Assembly (NCBI GenBank): GCA_965200555.1
Contig: OZ241365.1
Coordinates: forward strand, 1,768,442-1,832,441
Direction of reading: 5' to 3'
From: Dehalococcoidia bacterium
GTDB taxonomy: Bacteria; Chloroflexota; Dehalococcoidia; UBA2979
Length of the DNA: 64,000 nt
Part shown: positions 18,305 to 26,893 of the stretch, piece after piece
How the letters are laid out: every line of letters starts with the position of its first letter
Numbering within the stretch: the stretch's first letter is position 1
Position numbers and translations under genes: made by a program
Notes under the pieces: generated by a model
Databases searched by the model: none
The model's input: only the letters and a program-made list of their open reading frames with translations
Told to the model about the DNA's origin: nothing

Positions 18305-19372
18305 ATGAACACCAGCAAGCAGGTCAACGTGATGATCGGGCTGCTGTTCGTGACCTTCCTCATCCTCAGCGCCTACCTCGTCAACGAGTCCAACCGCCAG
18401 GACGTCGAGAGCGCCGAGATCACCGAGCGCAACGCCGAGCGCGGCGCGCGGCTGTTCGTCCAGAACTGCCGCACCTGCCACGGCCTCGACGGCAGCGGCG
18501 GCATCGGCGCCGCCGTCAACAGCGACGCCTTCCTCATCCTCGAGGACGGCAACGCCTACGGCCTCCCCGCCACTCCCGACGCCGAGGCCGTCCAGATCCG
18601 CACCTACCTGCGCGAGACCATCGAGTGCGGCCGCCCCGGCACCTACATGCAGACGTGGTCCCAGCGCTACGGCGGCTCCCTCTCCGACACCCAGATCAAC
18701 CACCTCGTCACCCTCATCACCAACGACCCCTCCGGCAAGCACGACTTCTGGGACCTCGTCCGCACCGAGGGCGACCACGCCGACGAGGAGCAGTACGGCG
18801 CCGTCCTCGAAGGCGAGCTCGGCCGCCACCCGACGATCGAGGAGGTGCGCGAGCGCAGCGAGGCCGAGACGGTCGTGCTCGACCCCACGGCCCTCACCGT
18901 GAACACCGAGTCCTGCGGCAACTACCAGCCCGCGACGAAGGCCGCCTTCCGCAACCGCGACCCCTTCAGCGACGCTCCCCCCGTCGTCGCGACGCCCGAT
19001 CCCGGCGACGCCGCGCCCACTCCGGCCGCGCCCGTCGGCGACGGCGAGGGCGTGGCCGTGCTGATGACGGAGTGGGAGATGGCGACCGACGACACGATCG
19101 AGGCCGGCACGATCACCTTCCAGGTCCGCAACGAGGGCGCCGTCGCCCACGAGTTCGCCGTGATCCGCACCGACATCGCCGTCGACGGGCTGCCCATCGA
19201 CGGCGCGGTCGCCGACGAGGCCGGCCTCGACGTGCTGGGCCGCATTCCCGAGTTCGGGTCCGGCTCGGCGCAGGCGATCACGCTCGACCTGACGCCGGGC
19301 GCCTACCTGCTGATCTGCAACGTCCCGGCCCACTACGCGCTGGGCATGGCGACGGCCATCACCGTCGAATAA
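18305..19372 (+). CDS. Membrane-anchored mono-haem cytochrome c fused to a C-terminal cupredoxin (type-1 copper) domain
   Basis: The N-terminal TM helix is followed by the CxxCH haem motif (NCRTCHG). The C-terminal beta-domain carries blue-copper ligand spacing (AHEF ... CNVPAHYALGM). Confidence 0.8.
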   Translation: MNTSKQVNVMIGLLFVTFLILSAYLVNESNRQDVESAEITERNAERGARLFVQNCRTCHGLDGSGGIGAAVNSDAFLILEDGNAYGLPATPDAEAVQIRTYLRETIECGRPGTYMQTWSQRYGGSLSDTQINHLVTLITNDPSGKHDFWDLVRTEGDHADEEQYGAVLEGELGRHPTIEEVRERSEAETVVLDPTALTVNTESCGNYQPATKAAFRNRDPFSDAPPVVATPDPGDAAPTPAAPVGDGEGVAVLMTEWEMATDDTIEAGTITFQVRNEGAVAHEFAVIRTDIAVDGLPIDGAVADEAGLDVLGRIPEFGSGSAQAITLDLTPGAYLLICNVPAHYALGMATAITVE

Positions 19373-19429
19373 CGGGCCGCGAGGCGAACCGGACGGCGCG
19401 GGGAACGCGCCGGCAGAGGGGGATACGGC

Positions 19430-19549
19430 ATGGCGGAAGTCGAGACCGGCAAGCGCTACCGCTGCAACGACTGCGGCGCCGAGTTCATCGTCACCCGCGG
19501 CGGCCCCGGCGCGCTGCGCTGCGGCGACCACGAGCTCGAGCAGATCTAG
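19430..19549 (+). CDS. 39-aa zinc-ribbon-like small protein (MAEVETGKRYRCNDCGAEFIVTRGGPGALRCGDHELEQI)
   Basis: ATG preceded by AGAGGGGGA. It has four Cys in CxxC...C..H arrangement. It is absent from the ORF track only because of the length cut-off. It shares an N-terminal GKRYR motif with the next small ORF. Confidence 0.4.
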   Translation: MAEVETGKRYRCNDCGAEFIVTRGGPGALRCGDHELEQI

Positions 19550-19560
19550 GGGGGCCGGCG

Positions 19561-19704
19561 ATGGCTGTGGCACTGGGCAAGCGCTACCGCGACGAGCAGT
19601 CCGAGGTCGAGGTGCTGTGCATCAAGCCCGGCGAGTGCGACCTCAACGTCGACGGGCGCGGCATGGAGGAGCTGCAGCCGAAGGTGCTGCCCTCCGCCGA
19701 TTAG
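19561..19704 (+). CDS. 47-aa small protein paralogous to the preceding one (MAVALGKRYRDEQSEVEVLCIKPGECDLNVDGRGMEELQPKVLPSAD)
   Basis: ATG preceded by a G-rich SD-like stretch. It begins 12 nt after the previous small ORF's stop. It shares the GKRYR motif and two Cys with its neighbour. Confidence 0.35.
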   Translation: MAVALGKRYRDEQSEVEVLCIKPGECDLNVDGRGMEELQPKVLPSAD

Positions 19705-19843
19705 ATCCCGCCGCCTTGCGGCGCAACCGGGCGCGCGGCGGGCAGCCGCGCGCTCGCCGTGCGTCCTGCGGCCCCTCGCCCCCGCGCGCGGCGCAGGGCG
19801 TACCCTGTGGGCGCGACGGGCGGGAAGCGGCGGGAACGCTGCC

Positions 19844-20272
19844 ATGACGGAGTACGAGGATGACCCCGGTGAGGCCACGGACGCCGAGCGGCTGGCTGCC
19901 GCGCTCGCCGCGTTCGGGCGGCGCGTGGCCGAGGCCGCCGAGCGCGCCCCGCGCGGCGCGATGACGCTGGACGGCGCGACCGCCATCGCCGAGGGCATCG
20001 CCGAGCGCATTGAGATCTACCGCGAGCTCGCCGCCGCCGAGTGGGCGCAGGTCGTCGCCGCGCTGAGCGCGGGCGGCGCGATCGGCGAGGACGAGGCGGT
20101 GCGGCGGGCCGTCGCGATGGCGCGTCCCGCCGTCGAGGCGCTCGAAGCCATCGACGCGGCGCTCGCCCGCGCCGCCTCCGCCAACGCGCGCGCCGCCGAG
20201 TCGCTGCGGGCCCTGCGCGCGCTGTTCACCGCCGCGGAGCCGCCGCCCGGCGGCGCGGAGGCGGCGCCGTGA
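19844..20272 (+). CDS. Hypothetical Ala-rich soluble protein
   Basis: 142-aa ORF with protein-like composition and an ATG start. Its stop overlaps the GTG of the next gene (GTGA), which suggests translational coupling. Confidence 0.45.
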   Translation: MTEYEDDPGEATDAERLAAALAAFGRRVAEAAERAPRGAMTLDGATAIAEGIAERIEIYRELAAAEWAQVVAALSAGGAIGEDEAVRRAVAMARPAVEALEAIDAALARAASANARAAESLRALRALFTAAEPPPGGAEAAP

Positions 20273-21051
20273 TCCGGCGCACGGCCTCGGCGGTGGTGCG
20301 CGCCTTCCGCGAATCGCGGGGCGACTACATGCCCGTGCTGGTCGGCGGGCTGCTGGGAATCGGGATGGCCGCCATCGCGGTCGGCGTGCTGCTCGGCGTC
20401 TCGCTGCCGCTCGGCCGCATGGGAGCGCCTCGCGGCGTCGCGATCCCCCTCGGCCTGATCGCGGCGGCGGGCGTGTGGATCGTGATGTGGCCGCCCGCCA
20501 TGCGACTCGCCATGGGGAGCGGCCCGGGCTTCTCCGGAGGAGGCGGCCTCATGAGCATCGGGAAGCACGAAGTCGGGATCGAGGACGCCCGCGCCGCCGT
20601 GTTCGCGCTCGACGCGCTGCTCGCGCTGAGCTTCGACCGCGAGTCGATGTCGCAGCTCACGCCCGTCCAGCGCGACGGCGTCCGCGCCGGCGTGATCCAG
20701 CACTACCTCACCGTCTACGAGCTGTGCTACGTCCTGATCGAACACTGGGTGAAGGAGCGCCGCGACGAGGAAGAGACGCGCCGCGCGTGGGTCGATCAGA
20801 TCCTGCTGTTCGCCGCCTCCGACGGGCTGATCGCGAACGTCGCGCGCTGGACCTCGAACGGCGGCGAGCGCCGCGGCCTCACGAACGTCGTGGGCTGGGA
20901 CGGCGAGTACCACCCGATCGCGAAGCGCGCCGACCGCGCCCACGCCCTCGCGCCGGGGCTGATCGAGGACGCGCGGGCGCTGCTGGTCCGCCTCGACGCC
21001 GAGGCCGAGGCGGACGCGGGCGAGGGCGGCGCGGGCGCTTCCGCGTCGTAG
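20269..21051 (+). CDS. Hypothetical membrane protein
   Basis: The GTG start overlaps the upstream stop. Hydrophobic helices (PVLVGGLLGIGMAAIAVGVLLGV, IPLGLIAAAGVWIVMW) are followed by a soluble C-terminal domain. Confidence 0.5.
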   Translation: MIRRTASAVVRAFRESRGDYMPVLVGGLLGIGMAAIAVGVLLGVSLPLGRMGAPRGVAIPLGLIAAAGVWIVMWPPAMRLAMGSGPGFSGGGGLMSIGKHEVGIEDARAAVFALDALLALSFDRESMSQLTPVQRDGVRAGVIQHYLTVYELCYVLIEHWVKERRDEEETRRAWVDQILLFAASDGLIANVARWTSNGGERRGLTNVVGWDGEYHPIAKRADRAHALAPGLIEDARALLVRLDAEAEADAGEGGAGASAS

Positions 21052-21060
21052 CCGCGGGCC

Positions 21061-22056
21061 TCAGCGCGCCTGCTCCCACGGCAGGGAGCGCGGCTGCAGC
21101 AGCTGGCGCACGCCGCCGTCGGCGGCGAGGGCGACGAGGTCGGCGCCGCCGTAGACGGCGGGGTTCATGCCGCGCAGTGCGGCCGTCGCCAGCTCCTCGT
21201 CCGCGTGCGCGTAGGGCGCGCCGAGCAGCACGGCGGTCATCTCCACCTCCTCGCCGGCGGCGGAGGCGGCGGCGCGCTGGGCGGCGGCGCGCGCGAGCAG
21301 CGCCCGCAGCGCGCGCCGCACCACCGCCCCGTCGCCCGGGTCGAAGTCCGCCGCCGCGCCGAACACCGTCGCGCCCGCGGGCTCGTCGAGCGGCAGGCGC
21401 GAGACCAGCCAGTGGTCGTGCGCCTCGACGGGCGAGACCTCCTCCAGCGCCAGCACGGCGGCGCGGTCGCGCACGCGCGCGATCACGAGATCGAGCTCGG
21501 GGCGCTCCTCCGGCAGCCGCCGCAGCGCGCGCGCGTCGAGGTGGAACGCGCCGCCGATGCCCTCCGAGAGCGTCGTCCACTCCGCGGCGAGGGGGCCGCT
21601 GACGGACACGTAGGCCCCCTCCGCGTCGACCTTGGCGAGGGCGAGCGTGACCGGCAGCCGCAGCTCGCGGCGCTCGCCGGGGGCGAGGCCGCCGCAGCCG
21701 CGCGCGGCGGCGACGCGCAGCGCCGACTGCCCCGGCTCGCCCTCCGGCAGCGTCGCGCCCGGCGGCGCCCACAGCACGTAGCCTCCCGGCTCGCCGTCGA
21801 GGTCGGCGGAGAGCCGCGCCTCGAGGTCCGCCGCGCCGGGGGCGGGATCGCCACCCTGGAGCAGGCCGATCGTGACGCCGACGCGCGCCTCGCGGCGGGC
21901 GAGCAGGGCGTCGAAGGCGGACGGCTCGTCCGCGGGGAGAGGGCGGAACGTGCGGAAGTAGCGCTCGCCCATCCAGCCCGCGAGCATCGCGAGGATGGCG
22001 CGATGCTGGCGCGAGTCGGCCCGATCCTCCGCGGGCGGGTCGGCGGGCGGCCCCAC
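21061..22056 (-). CDS. Hypothetical protein
   Basis: 331-aa ORF with balanced, protein-like composition. It is convergent with the preceding gene. No recognisable family motif. Confidence 0.45.
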   Translation of the reverse strand: MGPPADPPAEDRADSRQHRAILAMLAGWMGERYFRTFRPLPADEPSAFDALLARREARVGVTIGLLQGGDPAPGAADLEARLSADLDGEPGGYVLWAPPGATLPEGEPGQSALRVAAARGCGGLAPGERRELRLPVTLALAKVDAEGAYVSVSGPLAAEWTTLSEGIGGAFHLDARALRRLPEERPELDLVIARVRDRAAVLALEEVSPVEAHDHWLVSRLPLDEPAGATVFGAAADFDPGDGAVVRRALRALLARAAAQRAAASAAGEEVEMTAVLLGAPYAHADEELATAALRGMNPAVYGGADLVALAADGGVRQLLQPRSLPWEQAR

Positions 22057-22089
22057 GGGGCGGGGAGGCCTCGGCGCCGGGGCCGCCGC

Positions 22090-22506
22090 CTAGCCCTCGC
22101 CGCCGGCGCGGCGGGCGTCGAGGCGGTCGAGGATCGGCAGCACGCCGTGGCGCAGCAGCTGCTGGACGACGGCGAGGTTGAGGCCGGCGAAGCCGGCCAC
22201 GCCCAGCCACTTGAGGGCGGTGGCGAGCCTCGTGCCGTCGTAGCCGGCCTGCTGCGCCCAGTAGACGCCGGCGACGGAGACGGCGATCAGGCCGAGGAAG
22301 GCGAGCGGCCACTCCCAGCGGCGGATGAAGCGCGCGAACACCGCCGCGAGGCCCACCCCGATCCCGACGTTCGTGCCCACGAAGCCCAGCACCGGCGTGC
22401 CCTTGTGGCCCCACGTCTCGAACGCCGCGAGGAACAGCAGCACCACCAGCGGGCCGGCGAGCAGTGCGATCGCCATCCCCGGCAGATCCGCGCGCGTGAA
22501 CCGCAT
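22090..22506 (-). CDS. Hypothetical integral membrane protein
   Basis: 138 aa with four hydrophobic helices (IALLAGPLVVLLFLAAF..., GIGVGLAAVFARFI..., LAFLGLIAVSVAGVYW..., WLGVAGFAGLNLAVV). Confidence 0.5.
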   Translation of the reverse strand: MRFTRADLPGMAIALLAGPLVVLLFLAAFETWGHKGTPVLGFVGTNVGIGVGLAAVFARFIRRWEWPLAFLGLIAVSVAGVYWAQQAGYDGTRLATALKWLGVAGFAGLNLAVVQQLLRHGVLPILDRLDARRAGGEG

Positions 22507-22546
22507 CGTCCCCTCCTCGCCGCTCCGCGATCCCGACGTCCGGGCG

Positions 22547-23311
22547 CTAGATGTTCGAGCGCGACTGGCCGCCGTCGACGTTGAGCGTCGCGCCCACCAC
22601 CCACGAGGCGCGCGGGCTGGCGAGGAAGACGACGGCGGCGGCGACCTCCTCGGGGCGTCCGAAGCGCCCGCCCGGTATCTCGCGCTCGACGAAGCGGGCC
22701 ATGCCCTCGGGGTCCTCGGCGAGGCGGCGGCCCCACGAGCCGCCCTCGAAGGCGATCGAGCCGGGGGCGACGCTGTTGACGCGCACGCCGTCGGCGGCCC
22801 ACTCGCGGGCGAGCGCCTTCGAGACGGCGATCTGGGCGGCCTTGCCCGCGTTGTAGGCGACGCCGCCGCCGCTCTCGCGCCCGTAGATCGAGGAGATGTT
22901 GACGATCGCGCCGCCGCCGGGCGCGGCCGCGAGGTGCGGGCGCGCCAGCTCGGAGAGGCGCAGCGCGGAGACGGCGTTGGCCTCGAGCGTGGCGCGCAGC
23001 ACCTGCTCGCTCCCGCCCTCGCCCGCGCGCCCGCCGGCGTTGTTGACCAGCGCGCCGACGCCGCCGTGGGCCGCCGCCGCCGCCTCGACGAGGCGCACGC
23101 GGTCGGCTTCCGCGGTCACGTCGGCGGTCACGGCGACGACCTCGGCGCCGGCGGCGGCGAGGCGGTCGCGGGCCGCGGCGAGGGGTCCCTCGGCGCGCGC
23201 GCAGATCGCGAGGCGCGCGCCCTCGGCGGCGAACGCCTCGGCGATGGCGTAGCCGATGCCGCGGCTCGCCCCGGTCACGATCACCGAGCGCCCGGCCAGT
23301 CCGAGGTCCAT
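22547..23311 (-). CDS. SDR-family short-chain dehydrogenase/reductase
   Basis: The Rossmann motif VIVTGASRGIGYAIA is present, with NNAG and the catalytic YxxxK (YNAGKAA). Confidence 0.85.
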   Translation of the reverse strand: MDLGLAGRSVIVTGASRGIGYAIAEAFAAEGARLAICARAEGPLAAARDRLAAAGAEVVAVTADVTAEADRVRLVEAAAAAHGGVGALVNNAGGRAGEGGSEQVLRATLEANAVSALRLSELARPHLAAAPGGGAIVNISSIYGRESGGGVAYNAGKAAQIAVSKALAREWAADGVRVNSVAPGSIAFEGGSWGRRLAEDPEGMARFVEREIPGGRFGRPEEVAAAVVFLASPRASWVVGATLNVDGGQSRSNI

Positions 23312-23478
23312 GCCCGCTCCGCGCCCGCCCGCCGCCCGCGTGGGGCGGCGCGCGCTCCGCGCCGATACTGGCAGCGGCGGGCGGCGGCGTCCAGCGCGCG
23401 GCCCCGGTGCGCGGCGGCGGCGGCGTGGTATGCTGGGTTCGCGTACCGGGTACGCTTACGGCGGCGGGCGGAGGAGCG

Positions 23479-25197
23479 ATGCGGCGGCTGCGGGTCGGGC
23501 TGGCGCAGATCAACACCACCGTCGGGGACTTCGCGGGCAACCGCGCGCGCATCCTCGAGGCGGCGCGGCGCGCCTCGGAGCGGGGCGCGGACCTCGTCGC
23601 GTTCCCCGAGCTCGCGGTGACGGGCTACCCGCCCGAGGACCTGCTGCTGCGCGCCTCCTTCGTCGAGGAGGCCGAGGCTTCGCTGCGGACGCTCGCGCGC
23701 GAGGCCGACGGCCTGCCGCCGCTGCTCGTGGGCTGCGTCGAGTACGCCGGCGCGCTCCACAACGCCGCCGCCGTCGTCCACGGCGGCGCCGTCGCCGGCG
23801 TCCACCGCAAGCACCGCCTGCCCAACTACGGCGTCTTCGACGAGCGCCGCTACTTCCGCCCCGGCCGCGGGACGCCGCGCTTCGTCGTCGGCGGCGTGGA
23901 GGTGGCGGCCACGGTCTGCGAGGACATCTGGTACGCCGACGGCCCCGTCCGCGACGCCGCACTCGCCGGCGCCGAGGTGATCGTCAACCTCAACGCCTCG
24001 CCGTTCCACGCCGGCAAGACGCGCGAGCGCGAGCGGATGCTCGCCACGCGCGCCGCCGACAACCGCGTCGCCATCGCCTACGTCAACCAGGTCGGCGGGC
24101 AGGACGAGCTGGTCTTCGACGGCAACTCGCTCGTGCTCGGCCCGCGCGGCGAACTGCTCGCGCGCGGGGCCTCGATGCGCGAGGACCTCGTCGTCGCCGA
24201 CGTCGACGTCGACGCGGTGCGGCAGGCGCGGCTGCACGAGGGGCGGCTGCGCCTCCCGCCGGACGCCGCCGCCCCCGCCCCGCCCGTGCGCGTCACCGCC
24301 GCGCGCGAGGACGCGCCGCCGCCGCTGCCGCCGCCCGCCCTCGACCCGCCCGGCGAACTCGCCGAGGTCTACGACGCGCTCGTCGCCGGCACGCGCGACT
24401 ACGTGCGGAAGTCGGGCTTCGCGGACGCGATCGTGGCGCTCTCGGGCGGCATCGACTCCTCGCTCGTGGCGGCGGTGGCGGTGGACGCGCTGGGGGCGGA
24501 GCGCGTGCGCGGCGTCTCGCTGCCCTCGCGCTACTCCTCGGAAGGCTCGGTGGCCGACGCGCGCGAGCTCGCCGCGCTGCTCGGCGTCGAGCTCGTCGCG
24601 ATGCCGATCGAGGCGCTGCACCGCGCGGCGCTCGACGCGCTGGCCGCCCCCTTCGCCGGCACGAGCGAGGGCGTGGCCGAGGAGAACCTGCAGTCGCGGC
24701 TGCGCGCGATGCTCGTCATGGCGCTCTCCAACAAGTCCGGCGCGCTCGTCCTCACCACCGGCAACAAGTCGGAGTACGCCTGCGGCTACGCCACGCTCTA
24801 CGGCGACATGGCGGGCGGCTTCGCGGTGATCAAGGACGTGCCCAAGACCCTCGCCTACCGCCTCGCCCGCCACCGCAACGGGCGCGGCATGGCGATCCCG
24901 CAGGCCGTGCTCGACAAGCCCCCCTCCGCCGAACTGCGCCCCGGCCAGCTCGACACCGACTCGCTCCCCCCCTACGGGACGCTCGACCCGATCGTCGAGG
25001 CCTACGTCGAGGACGACGCCTCGTTCGAGGCGATCGTGGCGCGCGGCTTCGAGGCGGAGACGGTGCGCCGCGTGATCGCCCTGATCGACCGCAACGAGTA
25101 CAAGCGCCGCCAGGCCCCGCCCGGCGTCAAGATCACGCCGCGCGCCTTCGGCCGCGACCGCCGCTACCCCCTCGCCTCGCGCTACCGCGGCGGCTGA
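23479..25197 (+). CDS. nadE: Glutamine-dependent NAD+ synthetase (N-terminal CN-hydrolase domain + C-terminal NAD synthetase domain)
   Basis: The nitrilase-like domain is present (LRVGLAQIN..., FPELAVTGY, CEDIWY) and the ATP-PPase domain follows (SGGIDSS P-loop, ...TTGNKSE). The listed ORF start at 23407 is a spurious N-extension. Confidence 0.9.
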   Translation: MRRLRVGLAQINTTVGDFAGNRARILEAARRASERGADLVAFPELAVTGYPPEDLLLRASFVEEAEASLRTLAREADGLPPLLVGCVEYAGALHNAAAVVHGGAVAGVHRKHRLPNYGVFDERRYFRPGRGTPRFVVGGVEVAATVCEDIWYADGPVRDAALAGAEVIVNLNASPFHAGKTRERERMLATRAADNRVAIAYVNQVGGQDELVFDGNSLVLGPRGELLARGASMREDLVVADVDVDAVRQARLHEGRLRLPPDAAAPAPPVRVTAAREDAPPPLPPPALDPPGELAEVYDALVAGTRDYVRKSGFADAIVALSGGIDSSLVAAVAVDALGAERVRGVSLPSRYSSEGSVADARELAALLGVELVAMPIEALHRAALDALAAPFAGTSEGVAEENLQSRLRAMLVMALSNKSGALVLTTGNKSEYACGYATLYGDMAGGFAVIKDVPKTLAYRLARHRNGRGMAIPQAVLDKPPSAELRPGQLDTDSLPPYGTLDPIVEAYVEDDASFEAIVARGFEAETVRRVIALIDRNEYKRRQAPPGVKITPRAFGRDRRYPLASRYRGG

Positions 25198-25317
25198 GCG
25201 CGCGGCGCCCCGGCGCCCGTCGCGAGGGCGCAGGGGCGCGCCCGCCCGCTGCGCGACGGCCCTCGAAGCGCACGCCGCCCGCGAGGCGGCGCACGCCGCG
25301 CCCGGCCCGCGGCACCG

Positions 25318-26688
25318 TCAGCAGGGCGGGAGATCGTCGGTTAGGACATCCCCTTTATCCAGCGCGCGGGGGAGGCAGCCGGTCAACTCGTTCCCGCTGA
25401 GCCATAGCGTCTCAAGGTTCGCCAAGCCGCCGAGTTCGGGCGGGATGCCGCCGCTCAGATCGTTGTCGCGGAGCCTCAAAGACCGCAGGTTCGCCAAGCC
25501 GTCGAGTTCGGGCGGGATGCTGCCAGTCAACCCGTTCCCGCTGAGGCCCAAATACTCCAGGTTCGCCAAGCCGCCGAGTTCGGGCGGGATGCTGCCGCTC
25601 AACTCGTTCAAATCGAGCTGCAACAGCCACAGGTTCGCCAAGCGGCCGAGTTCGGGCGGGATGCTCCCGCTCAACTCGTTCCCGTCGAGCCACAACTGCC
25701 GCAGGTTCGCCAAGCGGCCGAGTTCGGGCGGGATGCTGCCGCTCAACTCGTTCCCGCCGAGCCACAACTGCCGCAGGTTCGCCAAGCGGCCGAGTTCGGG
25801 CGGGATGCTGCCAGTCAACTCGTTATAACCGAGATGCAAAGCCTGCAGGTTCGCCAAGCAGCCGAGTTCGGGAGGGATGCTGCCAGTCAACTCGTTATAA
25901 TCGAGATGCAAAGCCTGCAGGTTCGCCAAGCGGCCGAGTTCGGGCGGGATGCTGCCGCTCAACCCGTTAAAGTCGAGGCCCAGACCGGTGACGCGGGGCG
26001 GCGATCCCCCGATCGTGACGCCTTCCCACTGGTCCATCGGCGTCGCGACGCTCCAATTCGGCACTCTGCCGTCGCCCGCGAGGACGTCGCGGACGGCGAG
26101 CAGCGTCTCGCGGTCCGCGGCCAGCCCCGGGTTGCGGTCCGGCTCCGCCACCGCGCCGCCCGGGCACGACGCCCGAGGCGCCGGCGCCGGCGCCGCCGCC
26201 GAGGGGGACGTGGCGGTCGGCGCGCCCTCGCCGGGAGCGCTTGCGCCGACGAACACCGGCGACGATCGGAGCCATCTGCCTCGGCTGCCCGCCGGGAAGT
26301 AGCGGGAGGACGGCAGGACGCGGTCGCCCCACTCGCCGTCCGTTCCGCGCTCGCTCAACGCGAACTCGATGCGCCCGTCGCCGAGGCGGCGCGCCTCGAT
26401 CCGGACCGTTGGGGCGGGAGCGCTTGCGCCGACGGACACCGGCGACGATCGGAGCCATCTGCCTCGGCTGCCCGCCGGGAAGTAGCGGGAGGACGGCAGG
26501 ATGCGGTCGCCCCACTCGCCGTCCGTTCCGCGCTCGCTCAACGCGAACTCGACGCGCCCGTCGTCGAGGCGGCGCGCCTCGATCCGCACCTCGACGCCAC
26601 TGTTCTGCGCCGCCGCCAGCCCGATGCCGAGGGCGGCGACTGCGCCGAGCAGCACCGCCAGCAGTCCTGCGGTCTTCCCGTTCGCCAT
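25318..26688 (-). CDS. Secreted LRR protein A: signal peptide + 2x 'RIEARRL' module + about 8 plant-type LRRs, ending ...GCLPRALDKGDVLTDDLPPC
   Basis: The probable start is MANGKTAGLLAVLLGAVAALGIGLAAAQ (ATG at 26688 preceded by GGAGG; the listed ORF start at 26796 is an extension). The tandem ~55-aa modules are followed by 24-aa LRRs (LSGSIPPELGRLANLxxLxLxxNE). Confidence 0.85.
   Translation of the reverse strand: MANGKTAGLLAVLLGAVAALGIGLAAAQNSGVEVRIEARRLDDGRVEFALSERGTDGEWGDRILPSSRYFPAGSRGRWLRSSPVSVGASAPAPTVRIEARRLGDGRIEFALSERGTDGEWGDRVLPSSRYFPAGSRGRWLRSSPVFVGASAPGEGAPTATSPSAAAPAPAPRASCPGGAVAEPDRNPGLAADRETLLAVRDVLAGDGRVPNWSVATPMDQWEGVTIGGSPPRVTGLGLDFNGLSGSIPPELGRLANLQALHLDYNELTGSIPPELGCLANLQALHLGYNELTGSIPPELGRLANLRQLWLGGNELSGSIPPELGRLANLRQLWLDGNELSGSIPPELGRLANLWLLQLDLNELSGSIPPELGGLANLEYLGLSGNGLTGSIPPELDGLANLRSLRLRDNDLSGGIPPELGGLANLETLWLSGNELTGCLPRALDKGDVLTDDLPPC
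25330..25940 (-). repeat. Tandem 72-bp LRR coding repeats (about 8 units) in LRR-A
   Basis: Near-identical 72-nt units are visible directly in the sequence (e.g. ...ggcgggatgctgccgctcaactcgtt...caggttcgccaagcggccgagttcggg...). Confidence 0.85.
26268..26601 (-). repeat. Tandem duplication (2 x about 165 bp) encoding the 'RIEARRL' module in LRR-A
   Basis: The two units are nearly identical at DNA level (...gtcgccccactcgccgtccgttccgcgctcgctcaacgcgaactcga...). Confidence 0.85.
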
Positions 26689-26722
26689 GAGGGTGCCTCC
26701 TTGCGGCGCAGGCAGGGGTGAC

Positions 26723-26817
26723 CGCTCTCCGCAAGAGGCCAGTACCGGCGCAGGGCCGCAAGGAGGCGCGAAGCCCCTGCTTGCGTGCTGCGCCATGATC
26801 GGGCTCTTGCGGAGAGC
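26723..26817. repeat. 14-15 bp perfect inverted repeat (cgctctccgcaagag ... ctcttgcggagagc) enclosing about 65 nt in the LRR-A 5' region
   Basis: Arms at 26723-26737 and 26804-26817. It lies within or upstream of the LRR-A 5'UTR. A partially homologous sequence precedes LRR-B. Confidence 0.5.
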
Positions 26818-26893
26818 CGCGCCGAGGCTACCCCGGTCGGGACGCCCGCGGCAAGCGGCGCCTCGCTGAGCCGCGCCCTCGCCGCGCGCGGCG

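Noticed and set aside
25380-25990. Highly regular tandem repeats (72-nt period) that could at first glance look like a CRISPR array.
   Set aside because: The repeats are contiguous (no spacers), lie inside an ORF and encode 24-aa leucine-rich repeats. The same is true at 5240-5660 and 54277-54600. No cas genes are present.
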